A stretch of 63,623 nucleotides of DNA, filler included, from 4 parts of 4 records of this genome joined end to end with filler, not necessarily neighbours in it; one strand, 5' to 3'; positions 39,604 to 49,382 are shown, counted from the first letter of the whole stretch. Notes: a model not told the origin generated them from the sequence alone. Translations and numbers: made by a program.

Positions 39604-40815
39604 ATGCGGCACCTTCCCGTAACTGTTCTGTCCGGCTTCCTCGGAGCAGGCAAAACCACCCTACTTAATCATGTTCTCAATAACCGGCGCGGCTTGCGGG
39701 TTGCGGTCATTGTCAATGACATGAGCGACGTCAACATTGACGCCGATCTGATACGAAACAATGGATCGGAACTCTCGCAAACGGATGAAAAGCTGGTCGA
39801 AATGACCAACGGTTGTATTTGTTGCACGTTGCGTGATGATCTATTGGCTGAGGTGCGCCGCCTTGCCGAAGAAGAACGCTTTGATTATCTGATCATTGAA
39901 TCAACAGGTATTTCCGAACCGCTGCCCGTTGCCGCCACCTTCGATTTCCGCGATGAAAATGGCCAGTCGCTTGGCGATATTGCCAAGCTTGATACAATGG
40001 TCACCGTCGTTGATGCCGCACGCCTGATTACCGATTACAGCTCGACCGACCTTCTGTCTGACCGTGGCGAAAGCCTTGGAGATGCCGATGATCGCAGCAT
40101 TGTTGATTTGTTGGTTGAACAGATCGAATTTGCCGACGTGATCGTGATGAACAAGCTTGATCTGATTTCCGATGGCCAACGCAAAACAGTCCTTGCCATC
40201 ATCAAGGCCTTGAACGCGGATGCCGAGGTCATTGAAACGACCAACAGCGTCGTTGTTCCCGAACGCATTCTCAATACCGGTCGGTTTGATTTTGAACGCG
40301 CTCAGGATCACCCGCTCTGGGCCAAAGAACTATATGGCTTTGCCGATCACATCCCCGAGACTGAAGAATACGGCATTAAAAGTTTTACCTTCCATACTTC
40401 TTTGCCATTTCATCCAGAACGATTCCACGCCTTTATCAACAGTGAATGGCCCGGTGTCCTGCGTGCAAAAGGACATTTTTGGTTGGCCTCACGACCTGAT
40501 TGGGTCGGGGAACTCAGTCAAGCCGGTGCGGCAGTCAAGACAGAGGCTCTCGGGACCTGGTGGTGTGCTGTGCCACGTGAACAATGGCCCGACAATCAGG
40601 CTTGGCGTGACATCGTGCTGTCAAAATGGGACCCGATCTTTGCCGATCGCCGTCAGGAAATCGTGTTTATCGGTCAGGATATGAATGAAGCAGCCCTGCG
40701 CGAACGCCTGTCTGAATGTCTGGTTGACGATACAGACGATTTTCTTTCAATCCGTTTTGATCCATCCCGTTATTCAGACCTTCCCGATCCATTCCCGCGA
40801 TGGGCACGCAACTAA
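39604..40815 (+). CDS. zigA: COG0523 zinc metallochaperone GTPase (ZigA/YciC-like)
   Basis: GFLGAGKTT, GCICC, ESTGISEP, EQIEFA, NKLD, PETEEYGI and DRRQEIVFIG motifs. Confidence 0.9.
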   Translation: MRHLPVTVLSGFLGAGKTTLLNHVLNNRRGLRVAVIVNDMSDVNIDADLIRNNGSELSQTDEKLVEMTNGCICCTLRDDLLAEVRRLAEEERFDYLIIESTGISEPLPVAATFDFRDENGQSLGDIAKLDTMVTVVDAARLITDYSSTDLLSDRGESLGDADDRSIVDLLVEQIEFADVIVMNKLDLISDGQRKTVLAIIKALNADAEVIETTNSVVVPERILNTGRFDFERAQDHPLWAKELYGFADHIPETEEYGIKSFTFHTSLPFHPERFHAFINSEWPGVLRAKGHFWLASRPDWVGELSQAGAAVKTEALGTWWCAVPREQWPDNQAWRDIVLSKWDPIFADRRQEIVFIGQDMNEAALRERLSECLVDDTDDFLSIRFDPSRYSDLPDPFPRWARN

Positions 40816-40841
40816 ACCAACCCCACTGCCCTGAAATGTAA

Positions 40842-40872
40842 AAAACGCTGCCCCAACCTCGGGCAGCGTTTT
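40842..40872. terminator. Bidirectional rho-independent terminator
   Basis: AAAACGCTGCCC...GGGCAGCGTTTT between convergent genes. Confidence 0.8.
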
Positions 40873-40926
40873 ACCATTACGCCAACTGCTTACCACTGGA
40901 TGGCCTTTTACCGATGGCAGGCTATA

Positions 40927-41766
40927 TCAGCCGCTTGGCTTAATTGATGGCTGCACACCCATAAGAAAACCACTCTTTTCCGCAGCCACACTATCTGGAA
41001 TGTCCTGATCCACATTATCCATACCCAACCGCCCGACAGATGGCAGGCGCAAGGCAGGCCGGTTAAAATCAATGCCGATATTAAGACCAAGTAAGTTCAA
41101 CTCGATCCCTTCTTCCAGACCAAGCGAAAAGCCAAACACACCCAGAATATTGGCTTGAATGCCCTGCCCGCTTGACGACAGCCCGACCGGATTAGTGATT
41201 GCGCGGAAATCCTTACCAATCGCATTGGCGGGCATATCAAGGTTCAGCCCGGATACCTCGCGCCCGATATGGGCAATAAAGGTATTGCTGTTCGGCCCCG
41301 GATAGCTGCGATATTCACGCGGGAAAGGATAGCTTTTAACCGCGGCCTCAACCTGATCAATCAACCCTTCGGCATCGGCACCACGATGATCGGCAAGGAT
41401 TTTAGGTTTGGAGCCAAACCACAATCCATCCGCAATCGCGTAATTCTTGCGCACAACATTACCACCGCCCCACCCGACAACGTCATAGCGGGTATAGCTG
41501 GTATCGCCAGCACGCTTGTAAATGATCCACGGATGCACAGCGAAATACCCACGCCAGCCAAATGTATCGGCTGCCATGACCATGACAATCGCCTGATCGG
41601 CATGGCGTGCCGGATCAGGAGCCACCCCTGATGAACCACGCGGGGCATTGCGCCACGTGTACCGTTCTTTTGCCTTTTCACTTGGCGGGTTTTCGGCAAG
41701 GCTCATCCCAAACGGCAAGATAATGGCGGCCAGAAAGCCAAGAAAAAAGGTTCTACCTTTGCGCAA
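40927..41766 (-). CDS. DUF3750-family exported protein
   Basis: GWRGYFAVHPWI, RYDVVGWG, YPGPNSNTF and AIGKDF motifs; signal-like N-terminus. Confidence 0.75.
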   Translation of the reverse strand: MRKGRTFFLGFLAAIILPFGMSLAENPPSEKAKERYTWRNAPRGSSGVAPDPARHADQAIVMVMAADTFGWRGYFAVHPWIIYKRAGDTSYTRYDVVGWGGGNVVRKNYAIADGLWFGSKPKILADHRGADAEGLIDQVEAAVKSYPFPREYRSYPGPNSNTFIAHIGREVSGLNLDMPANAIGKDFRAITNPVGLSSSGQGIQANILGVFGFSLGLEEGIELNLLGLNIGIDFNRPALRLPSVGRLGMDNVDQDIPDSVAAEKSGFLMGVQPSIKPSG

Positions 41767-41932
41767 CGTATCGATCCTGTCTGAATTCGCATTTGTATAA
41801 TATTACGAGTAAGCGAAGAAGTAGGATCAAATTAAGGCATCGCAATCCTTATCAAGGATCAACAGACTGTGAAATAGGGTCTGAACCCAATTGAAAGCTT
41901 GCGACATTTGCACCAGTCAACGTTGCTTACGT

Positions 41933-42050
41933 TTACGGCCAGGCGGCAAAAGTATCATCGCGCACACGTTCGGCAGCCCGACGTAACCGGCGATATCCCC
42001 CCGGCGCCTCGCCCATATAGCGTTTGAAAAACCGGCTGAAATAGGCCGGA
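41933..42050 (-). CDS. C-terminal fragment of an AraC-family regulator (5' part lost at contig end)
   Basis: Manual translation gives PAYFSRFFKRYMGEAPGGYRRLRRAAERVRDDTFAAWP*, the AraC second-HTH signature. It is absent from the ORF track. Confidence 0.85.
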
Positions 42051-42150
42051 NNNNNNNNNNNNNNNNNNNNNNNNNNNNNNNNNNNNNNNNNNNNTTAATT
42101 AATTAANNNNNNNNNNNNNNNNNNNNNNNNNNNNNNNNNNNNNNNNNNNN
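42051..42150. other. Artificial contig linker
   Basis: Same 44N-TTAATTAATTAA-44N spacer. Confidence 0.97.
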
Positions 42151-42284
42151 CACCCACCTAACCTCCCTCAAGGGAGGAATTTAATCTTACTAGAGCTTTC
42201 AGCTAATCACTAATCGATCAATTGAAGAAAAAATCGCTTTCATCCAGACAGATTGTTCCTCCCTCGAGGGAGGTTAGGTGGGTG
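42151..42284. repeat. Inverted pair of 29-bp REP-like palindromes (REPIN-like doublet)
   Basis: 42151-42179 CACCCACCTAACCTCCCTCAAGGGAGGAA is the reverse complement of 42256-42284 with 1 mismatch. Each unit has an internal CCTCCCT/AGGGAGG hairpin. Confidence 0.85.
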
Positions 42285-42368
42285 ACCAAATTAAGGTCGT
42301 TTGTGAAAAATTCCCAAAAATCTCGTTCACTCCCCACTTTGTTCTGTCTAAGAGTTGATAATAGGTAT

Positions 42369-44714
42369 TTAGACTTTCTTCATTCGAACGAGTACAGTGC
42401 TGATGAAAACGATGGTAATTGAACTGATGGGCATCAATACAGCTGCAACAATCGGCGTTAAACTTCCCGAAAGCGCATACGTTAACCCTACAGAATTATA
42501 CAAAATTGAAAATACGATGCACACTCCCAAAACGGTTGAAGCATACTTCGTCATTTTCAATATTTTGTCTAACGTGAACAACTGATCCGCTTTAACTATT
42601 ACGTCGGAGTTGGGTGTAAATTGGAATACATCTTCGGAAACTGCCAAAGCGACATTCGCCAATTTTAAAGCTCCAGCGTCGTTCAAACCATCTCCAATCA
42701 TCATTACTTTTTTTCCTGCGACTTGGAGTTTTTCTATGTAATCGCGCTTGTTTTGGGGAGATTGACTAAAATGGATCTCTTTTAATGTCGGCACAGCGTT
42801 TAAAAGTAGTTCGTGATCTTTGTTTGAATCTCCAGAAAGGATATGGATTGTTTTATTAGCCGAAAGTCTGGTCAGCAATTCAGTGATTCCAGAGCGTAAT
42901 TCGGACTCGAAAATGAATTTTCCTTCATACTGACCATTAACGACAAGGTGAGAAACCGTTTCGTTGACAGTCGTTTTAGGATTTACATCTACAAATTTCG
43001 CCGAGCCGAGTTTCAATTCAGCACCTCCGACTTTAGCGATAATTCCCTTTCCTTCTAACTCTTGAAATGATTCGACCTCATCATTTCCTGTAAAAAATTG
43101 ATTCCCAAAATGGTTATAAATCGCGCGTGACAATGGATGTGTTGAGGACTGAACAACTAGCACAATTTTCTCAATGAGTTCCTGTGAAAGCTCCTTTCCT
43201 TCAAAAACTACTTTGTCGTAGCTTCCTTTTGTGAGCGTTCCTGTTTTATCAAAAACAAGGTCCGTAATCTCGTTCATTCGCTCAACGACTTCTGTATTTT
43301 TTGCAAAGAAGCCATTTCGTCCCATTTTTTGGATGGTATTCCCAAGTGTAAATGGTTTCGAGAGTGCCAATGCACACGGACACGCGACAATTAAAACCGA
43401 AACGACTACTTTAAAAACAAGTGAAGAATCAATAAAAATCCAAACAATTCCTGCAGAAAACGCTACAATTAGCAATAAAATAAGAAAAATGAGCGACAAA
43501 CGATCCGTTTTTGCTTCGGTTGCACTTTCTGTGCTGTTCCACAATTCTGTGAGTCGACTTCGCTCACTTTTCTTCGTAACCGAAAATCGACCTCGTTTTC
43601 CAACCAACTTTCCTCCTGCATAAACTGGTTCTCCTTTTTTCAACTTGATAGGAATGGATTCACCAGTTACAAAACTGTAATCGAGGGTTAATTCTTCGGA
43701 GAGCACAATGGCATCACATGGCACAATTTCCTCATTTCGAATGATCATTTCATCACCGAGATCCAACTTTTCGATTTCCACAATTTCTTCATTTCCTTTT
43801 ACAGATCGAATGACGGCTACGGGAAAGTAAGCCCGAGGATCTCTATCGAACGAAAGTGATTGATAGGTTTTATTCTGAAACCATTTCCCAATGAGTAAAA
43901 AGAAAATAAATCCTGCAAAACTATCCATGTAACCAGGACCTTGTCCCGAAAATATATGAATACAACTTTGAAGATAAAGCGCCACTATTCCCAACGAAAT
44001 GGGTACATCAATATTAATTGTCCTCGCCCGAATCGCTTTGAAAGCAGAAATTATATACTCGTTTGCGGAGAACACTAGCACGGGAAGAGAAATTGCAAAA
44101 GACAAATACGCCATAAAATCTCTGTACTCGTAATGCTCCTTATCCATTCCCAAATACTCTGGAAACGACCACAACATAATACTACCAAAAGCAAACGCAG
44201 CGACTCCCAACTTATAGAGAAACTCGCGATCGATCTTTTTCTGAACTTTCGAACGGTCTTCAAAATTTGGTGGATAACCAATTCTATCCAAAAGCGTCGC
44301 TAATTCAGAAAGTTTAAGCCGAGTCTTATCAAATGTAATTGTGGCTTCTCTCCGCGTAAAGTTAGTTTGACACGATTCAATGGATTGTTCAATTTTGGCT
44401 AAATTTTCTAACAAATAGACACATGAAGAACAGTGAATCTGCGGTAAAAACAGTGTAAGCGAAACGTATTGTTCATTTTCAAACGCGATGTACTTCGAAG
44501 CGATGCTTTCGACATTTAAAAATTCATACTTGTGATCTGAATGATTCGATGGTTTTTGACCAGCGCCCGATTCGAGCTGATAAAATTCGTCCAAGTTACT
44601 CTCGTGAAGTAACAAATAAACTGTCTTGCAGCCGTTACAACAAAATACCCGTTCTTCTACGGTAAAACGTTTGTTAACAACCCAATCTCCACAATGAAAG
44701 CAAGATTGACTCAT
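42369..44714 (-). CDS. P1B-type heavy-metal (Cu) ATPase, CcoI/FixI-like
   Basis: N-terminal CFHCG...FCCNGC, HCSSC, TGES, CPCAL, DKTGT, THP, GDGLND and YN/MPISS motifs. Confidence 0.92.
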   Translation of the reverse strand: MSQSCFHCGDWVVNKRFTVEERVFCCNGCKTVYLLLHESNLDEFYQLESGAGQKPSNHSDHKYEFLNVESIASKYIAFENEQYVSLTLFLPQIHCSSCVYLLENLAKIEQSIESCQTNFTRREATITFDKTRLKLSELATLLDRIGYPPNFEDRSKVQKKIDREFLYKLGVAAFAFGSIMLWSFPEYLGMDKEHYEYRDFMAYLSFAISLPVLVFSANEYIISAFKAIRARTINIDVPISLGIVALYLQSCIHIFSGQGPGYMDSFAGFIFFLLIGKWFQNKTYQSLSFDRDPRAYFPVAVIRSVKGNEEIVEIEKLDLGDEMIIRNEEIVPCDAIVLSEELTLDYSFVTGESIPIKLKKGEPVYAGGKLVGKRGRFSVTKKSERSRLTELWNSTESATEAKTDRLSLIFLILLLIVAFSAGIVWIFIDSSLVFKVVVSVLIVACPCALALSKPFTLGNTIQKMGRNGFFAKNTEVVERMNEITDLVFDKTGTLTKGSYDKVVFEGKELSQELIEKIVLVVQSSTHPLSRAIYNHFGNQFFTGNDEVESFQELEGKGIIAKVGGAELKLGSAKFVDVNPKTTVNETVSHLVVNGQYEGKFIFESELRSGITELLTRLSANKTIHILSGDSNKDHELLLNAVPTLKEIHFSQSPQNKRDYIEKLQVAGKKVMMIGDGLNDAGALKLANVALAVSEDVFQFTPNSDVIVKADQLFTLDKILKMTKYASTVLGVCIVFSILYNSVGLTYALSGSLTPIVAAVLMPISSITIVFISTVLVRMKKV

Positions 44715-46087
44715 ATTGTCTTCGAAAAAAGTCGAACTGGTGTCGGGTTTTCGGCCAATGATTGATCAAACGCCATGCAGCAATTTCTCACGAATGGCAC
44801 TCCTTCTGGCGTAATTGAAATTTTGTTTCCTTCGATTTTCACAAGGCCATCATTGACCATTTCTTGGAGTCGTTCAATGATCTGAATTTGCTCTATTTTA
44901 AATGGAGAATTCTGTTCAAGCGTCGTTTCAAAATGACACATTAAATCAAGGATGTAGCGTCTAATTTCAAGATCTAGTTCACCAAGGATGTGCCCACGAA
45001 AAATGGGAATCTCCCCTTTTTCTACACGCTCGCTGTAAAGCTCCACTGATTTCTCATTCTGTGCAAAACCAAACCAACTGTCCGAGATCGAAGACATTCC
45101 AAGTCCAATCATCAACGATGTTGTTTGCGTGGTATATCCCATAAAATTCCGATGCATCGATTTTGAAATGAACGCTTTCGCTAAATCATCTTCAGGAAGG
45201 GCAAAATGATCCATTCCTACTTCTAAATACCCAGCTTCCTCCAACATGGATTTTGCTTTCTCATAAAGTGCTCTCTTTTCTTCATCCTTCGGGAGATCAT
45301 TCTCATCATATCCCCGTTGACCGTTTCCTTTTATCCAAGGAACATGCGCGTAACTGTAAAGTGAAATTCGATCTGGCATTAACGACAATGTCTTTAAAAC
45401 AGTATCTGTGATCTCAACCATTTTTTGTTTTGGGAGTCCAAAAACTAAGTCGTGACTGATTGATTTATATCCAATTTCTCTCGCCAAATCGTGTACTTTC
45501 TTCACTTGATCATACGATTGAATGCGATGAATTGCTCTTTGAACTTCTGGACTGTAATCCTGAATTCCGAAACTCAACCTTCTAAATCCAAGGTCGTAGA
45601 GTTCATTCAAATGAGCTTCCGAAGTATTGTTTGGATGCGCTTCAAAACTCAATTCTACTTCGTTTGAATTCAATTCATTTCCTTCAAAAAGACCATTTAC
45701 CAATCGAACGAGTTCTTTTGAGTCGAAAAAAGTAGGAGTTCCACCGCCAAAATGAAGTTCTTTGATTCTCGGTGTTCTTCCAAATAGATTTTTGTATAAA
45801 TCCCATTCTTTAATCAGTGTATCGATGTACGGTTTTTCAACAGAATGATTCTTTGTGATTCGTTTGTGGCACCCGCAAAACGTACATAGACTTTCACAAA
45901 ATGGTAAGTGAACGTACAAACTCACGTCATCGGATCGAAAAAAGCCTTGATTAATTCGAATGGTTTCTTCCCATAACTCAACCAGAAGTTGATCATTCTT
46001 CCAAAATGGAACCGTCGGATATGAAGTATACCGTGGGCCAGGGACATTGTACTTTCTAATTAGCTCAACTTCTTCTTTGGATTTCAT
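44711..46087 (-). CDS. hemN: Oxygen-independent coproporphyrinogen III oxidase
   Basis: GPRYTSYPT, HLPFCESLCTFCGC, FGGGTPT, GMDHFA and HRNFMGY motifs; 4-nt overlap with the ATPase gene. Confidence 0.95.
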   Translation of the reverse strand: MKSKEEVELIRKYNVPGPRYTSYPTVPFWKNDQLLVELWEETIRINQGFFRSDDVSLYVHLPFCESLCTFCGCHKRITKNHSVEKPYIDTLIKEWDLYKNLFGRTPRIKELHFGGGTPTFFDSKELVRLVNGLFEGNELNSNEVELSFEAHPNNTSEAHLNELYDLGFRRLSFGIQDYSPEVQRAIHRIQSYDQVKKVHDLAREIGYKSISHDLVFGLPKQKMVEITDTVLKTLSLMPDRISLYSYAHVPWIKGNGQRGYDENDLPKDEEKRALYEKAKSMLEEAGYLEVGMDHFALPEDDLAKAFISKSMHRNFMGYTTQTTSLMIGLGMSSISDSWFGFAQNEKSVELYSERVEKGEIPIFRGHILGELDLEIRRYILDLMCHFETTLEQNSPFKIEQIQIIERLQEMVNDGLVKIEGNKISITPEGVPFVRNCCMAFDQSLAENPTPVRLFSKTI

Positions 46088-46121
46088 TCGATAAAATTAG
46101 AGTGTAAATAAGATCTAAAAA

Positions 46122-46135
46122 ATGACCTGCGTCAT
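46122..46135. promoter_or_regulatory. Candidate Crp/Fnr-family operator between hemN and the regulator
   Basis: ATGAC-CTGC-GTCAT palindrome (TGA-N6-TCA). A TATATTTG -7 element lies at 46160-46167. Confidence 0.7.
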
Positions 46136-46184
46136 GGAAATAGCCAACCTTGAAATTCTTATATTTGATCTCGATACAAAACGG

Positions 46185-46868
46185 ATGACTGATAAACCAT
46201 ATAAACACATAACTTGCGAGACATGTCTCTCTAGAAAAAAGTCGCTTTTTGGGTCTTTTTCCTGCGAAGACGTGGATGGTTTGAATGACCACAAAACGTG
46301 TGCTTACTATAAGAAAAGTCAACCGCTTTTTTTGGAAGGAAGTATTCCTCGTGGCGTTTTTTGCATCAATGAAGGAAAGGTGAAAGTTTTTGGTCGAGGT
46401 CAAGAAGGGAAAGAGCAAATTATTCATATTTCCAGTGCAGGCGAGATTGTTGGTTTCAGGGCTATGTTTAGCGGAGAACCGTATGCCGTTTCAGCTACCA
46501 CTTTGGAAGAAAGTAATATCTGTTTTATTGGAAAAGAAGATTTTCTTACGCTCGTAGATACAAATGTCACGCTCCGTAATGGCATTATGAGAGAGTTATC
46601 CAAAGAACTCGCTGAACGTGCACATTTCATTACGGATATGGCTCAAAAATCCGTTAGAGAAAGGTTGGCAAGCGCACTGATTCTTCTGAATGACATTTAT
46701 GGCGAAGAAATGATCAATATTTCACGCGAAGATTTAGCGAATTTTGTAGGCACAGCGACAGAAACACTCATTCGCTTGTTGAAAGATTTTAAAGACGAAA
46801 ATCTGATTAAAACACACACGCGTAAAATTGAGATTATTAACCACGAAGGGTTGATGCAGATTTGCTAG
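46185..46868 (+). CDS. Crp/Fnr-family regulator with N-terminal Cys cluster
   Basis: CETC...C...C N-terminus, cNMP-binding fold (GEIVG) and HTH SREDLANFVGTATETLIRLL. ATG at 46185 lies downstream of the -7 element. Confidence 0.92.
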   Translation: MTDKPYKHITCETCLSRKKSLFGSFSCEDVDGLNDHKTCAYYKKSQPLFLEGSIPRGVFCINEGKVKVFGRGQEGKEQIIHISSAGEIVGFRAMFSGEPYAVSATTLEESNICFIGKEDFLTLVDTNVTLRNGIMRELSKELAERAHFITDMAQKSVRERLASALILLNDIYGEEMINISREDLANFVGTATETLIRLLKDFKDENLIKTHTRKIEIINHEGLMQIC

Positions 46869-46932
46869 ACTCACTCTGTTCAGATTCGAAATTCAAAGAT
46901 TTCATTTATCTTTCCGCTAAAGGAAACACCAA

Positions 46933-48207
46933 ATGGAACCAATAGATTCAACCGCACAAACTATTAGTCAACATCAAGAACTGTCAAATTCAAACTCGAA
47001 GTCTTTCATTGCTTTACTTTTTGCAAATGGATTAGATCGGTTCGCCTATTATGGATTCAGATCAATAATAATTCTCGCGTTGATTGATTTATATTCCATT
47101 CCTCAAAATTCAATATTGGGATATTATGGAACGGCAACTGGAATCATCTACTTCCTGTTTCCAATCGGTGGAGTACTCGGAGATTTCGTTCTAAAACCAC
47201 GCGGCGCACTCATAACGGGACTTTCTCTTTGTACCGTTGGAGCCGTTTGTACTCTTTTGCCAGATCTCTATTTCCTCATTATAGGAATTCTACTAATGAT
47301 GCTTGGCTCAGGAATCGTTCGTCCAAATGTCCTTTCTCAAATCAATCATCTTTTTGCACATGATCCTGATTTACTCGATAGAAAATACTTGATTCTGTTC
47401 ATGACAACAAATTTTGGAGCCTTTGTTTCCATTGCACTGATTGGATATCTCACTGTAAAATTTGGCTGGATTTCTGGCTTCGCATTGGTTGGAATAGCAT
47501 ACGCCATTGCAACAGTCATTTTGATCTTAACGAAATCCAATTTGCACCAAAAATCGACATCAGTAAAAACCTCGAAGTCTCCGAAGAGAATGTACTTAAG
47601 CGTACTTATTATTATTCCATTTATACTTTTTTCGAGTATTTACTGGGGAGGATACGAACTGTCTTATACTGCCTTAATTGATGCTGAGATGAATTTCCGT
47701 GACCAAACTTCAGGAACGATCATTTACAGTTTGGGAGGATCGATGCTTATCAATTCGATCGTATTCGTTTTTGGTTCCGTAATTATGTTTTACCTTATTA
47801 ATAAACGTTCAAAAACGGCGCATTGGAGATTTCTCGTTTCCGGAATGGTCTATTCCATACTTTGGTTACTCGCTGGAATATCTAACGATTTCATCGGAGC
47901 GTCCAACATGGCAGTGTTTATTACATTTCTTGCACTCATTGCGATTTCTGAACTTGTTGTATTTAATGCGATGTACAGCATTCTCGGAAAAATAATCCCA
48001 TTGAAGATAACTGGTACAGTTTCGGGTATTGTAATGTTAGGGGTGTCCTTTGGAATCAAATTAATTTCGTCTTTTGGTAATTATGAACCGCCTTCCAGCT
48101 TCTATTTCTTCGTTATTGGAGCGGTTTGCGCTTTCAGTACACTGCTCTTTTTCGTTCTCATTCCAGTTTTTTCTCCACCTCGAAGAGATTTGAATGAACC
48201 TTTTTAG
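46933..48207 (+). CDS. MFS transporter, divergent POT/PTR peptide transporter-like
   Basis: DRFAYYGFRS (degenerate ExxERFxYY), GGVLGD and GSGIVRPN motifs; about 12 TM segments. Confidence 0.75.
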   Translation: MEPIDSTAQTISQHQELSNSNSKSFIALLFANGLDRFAYYGFRSIIILALIDLYSIPQNSILGYYGTATGIIYFLFPIGGVLGDFVLKPRGALITGLSLCTVGAVCTLLPDLYFLIIGILLMMLGSGIVRPNVLSQINHLFAHDPDLLDRKYLILFMTTNFGAFVSIALIGYLTVKFGWISGFALVGIAYAIATVILILTKSNLHQKSTSVKTSKSPKRMYLSVLIIIPFILFSSIYWGGYELSYTALIDAEMNFRDQTSGTIIYSLGGSMLINSIVFVFGSVIMFYLINKRSKTAHWRFLVSGMVYSILWLLAGISNDFIGASNMAVFITFLALIAISELVVFNAMYSILGKIIPLKITGTVSGIVMLGVSFGIKLISSFGNYEPPSSFYFFVIGAVCAFSTLLFFVLIPVFSPPRRDLNEPF

Positions 48208-48239
48208 ATCAATGTTGTACAGACAAAAAAATCTGTACC

Positions 48240-49382
48240 ATGAAATACATTCTTTCCATCCTTCAAATAGTGCTAATCACAGGGTTTAGCATTTCTCAAA
48301 TTACGCCTACTATTATTCCACCAAATAATAATCGCAAGGTTCAACTCGCCATTCTTTTTGATACATCCAACAGTATGGATGGATTGATCGATCAGGCAAA
48401 ATCGCGGATTTGGAGCATTGTGAATGAAGCAAGCACACTTCAATTCCAAGGTCAACCAACACAGTTGGAAATTGCTTTGTATGAATACGGAAATGATGGA
48501 TTAGAGGCTTCGGACAATTACATTCGTCGCATTTTGGAATTAACAACTGATCTTGATGAAATTTCTAAAGCACTTTTCGCTCTTCGAACAAACGGAGGAA
48601 GTGAATACTGCGGAGCGGTGATTGACAAATCTCTTGATAATTTAGCTTGGTCGAGTCACCCAAATGACCTTCGTATGATTTACATTGCAGGGAATGAAAG
48701 CTTCGAACAAGGACCGATCCTCTATAAAACCGCCTGTACGAAAGCAACTCAAAAAAATGTCTTCATAAATACTATTTTCTGCGGAGGCTATGATCAAGGA
48801 ATTACGCTTAAATGGCAAGATGGCGCAAGTTGCTCAGGTGGTGATTATTTCAATATTGACTCCAACAAAGAGATTGTTCATATTGACACGCCATACGACG
48901 CAGACATTAAATCATACAGTGATTCGTTGAACACAACTTACTATGGATACGGAAGTCTTGGACGAGACAAAAAAGCAATGCAATCCACTCAAGATGCAAA
49001 TGCAAGTTCACAATCAACGTCTGTTGCAGCGGAGCGAGCTATTTCCAAATCGAACAAAGGAGCGTACAAAAATGCTTCCTGGGATTTGATTGACGCCAGT
49101 GAAGACGGTGTGGACATTACAAAATTATCCGATGAAGAACTTCCTGCAGAATTCAAAGGGAAAACGGCTGCTCAAAAGACGGCTTTATTGGAAAAGAAAA
49201 AAGCAGAAAGAAGCGCGTATCAGGAGAAAATTTCAGCCCTTGCTCAGGAACGAGAAAAATTTGTTGCGGAAGAAATGAAAAAACGCGCGGAGCTCGGAGA
49301 AGAGATTGATGATTTCGGTACTTCTGTGAATCAATCAATTAACGAAAAAGCACAAAAAGTTGGATTTGAGAAACAAAAATAG
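48240..49382 (+). CDS. Exported VWA-domain protein with coiled-coil tail
   Basis: Signal peptide, MIDAS DTSNSMD, TNGGSEYCG and IAGNE motifs. Confidence 0.85.
   Translation: MKYILSILQIVLITGFSISQITPTIIPPNNNRKVQLAILFDTSNSMDGLIDQAKSRIWSIVNEASTLQFQGQPTQLEIALYEYGNDGLEASDNYIRRILELTTDLDEISKALFALRTNGGSEYCGAVIDKSLDNLAWSSHPNDLRMIYIAGNESFEQGPILYKTACTKATQKNVFINTIFCGGYDQGITLKWQDGASCSGGDYFNIDSNKEIVHIDTPYDADIKSYSDSLNTTYYGYGSLGRDKKAMQSTQDANASSQSTSVAAERAISKSNKGAYKNASWDLIDASEDGVDITKLSDEELPAEFKGKTAAQKTALLEKKKAERSAYQEKISALAQEREKFVAEEMKKRAELGEEIDDFGTSVNQSINEKAQKVGFEKQK

Noticed and set aside
29237-42050. GC-rich block as a horizontally acquired genomic island
   Set aside because: It is bounded by artificial linkers, has truncated genes at both ends and no integrase or att sites. 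It is a contig from another organism.
42222-42422. 66-aa ORF crossing the REP-like repeat
   Set aside because: It runs through the repeat, overlaps the ATPase 3' end on the opposite strand and does not resemble CcoS.
44711-46087. Radical SAM gene as the missing arsS
   Set aside because: Its motifs (GPRYTSYPT, HRNFMGY) identify HemN, and it is on another contig.
46122-46184. Longer N-terminus of the Fnr-like ORF (similarly the extended starts of cyoA, the cysteine desulfurase and AraC)
   Set aside because: The extensions overlap promoter or operator elements or precede the family-typical start, so downstream ATGs were used.
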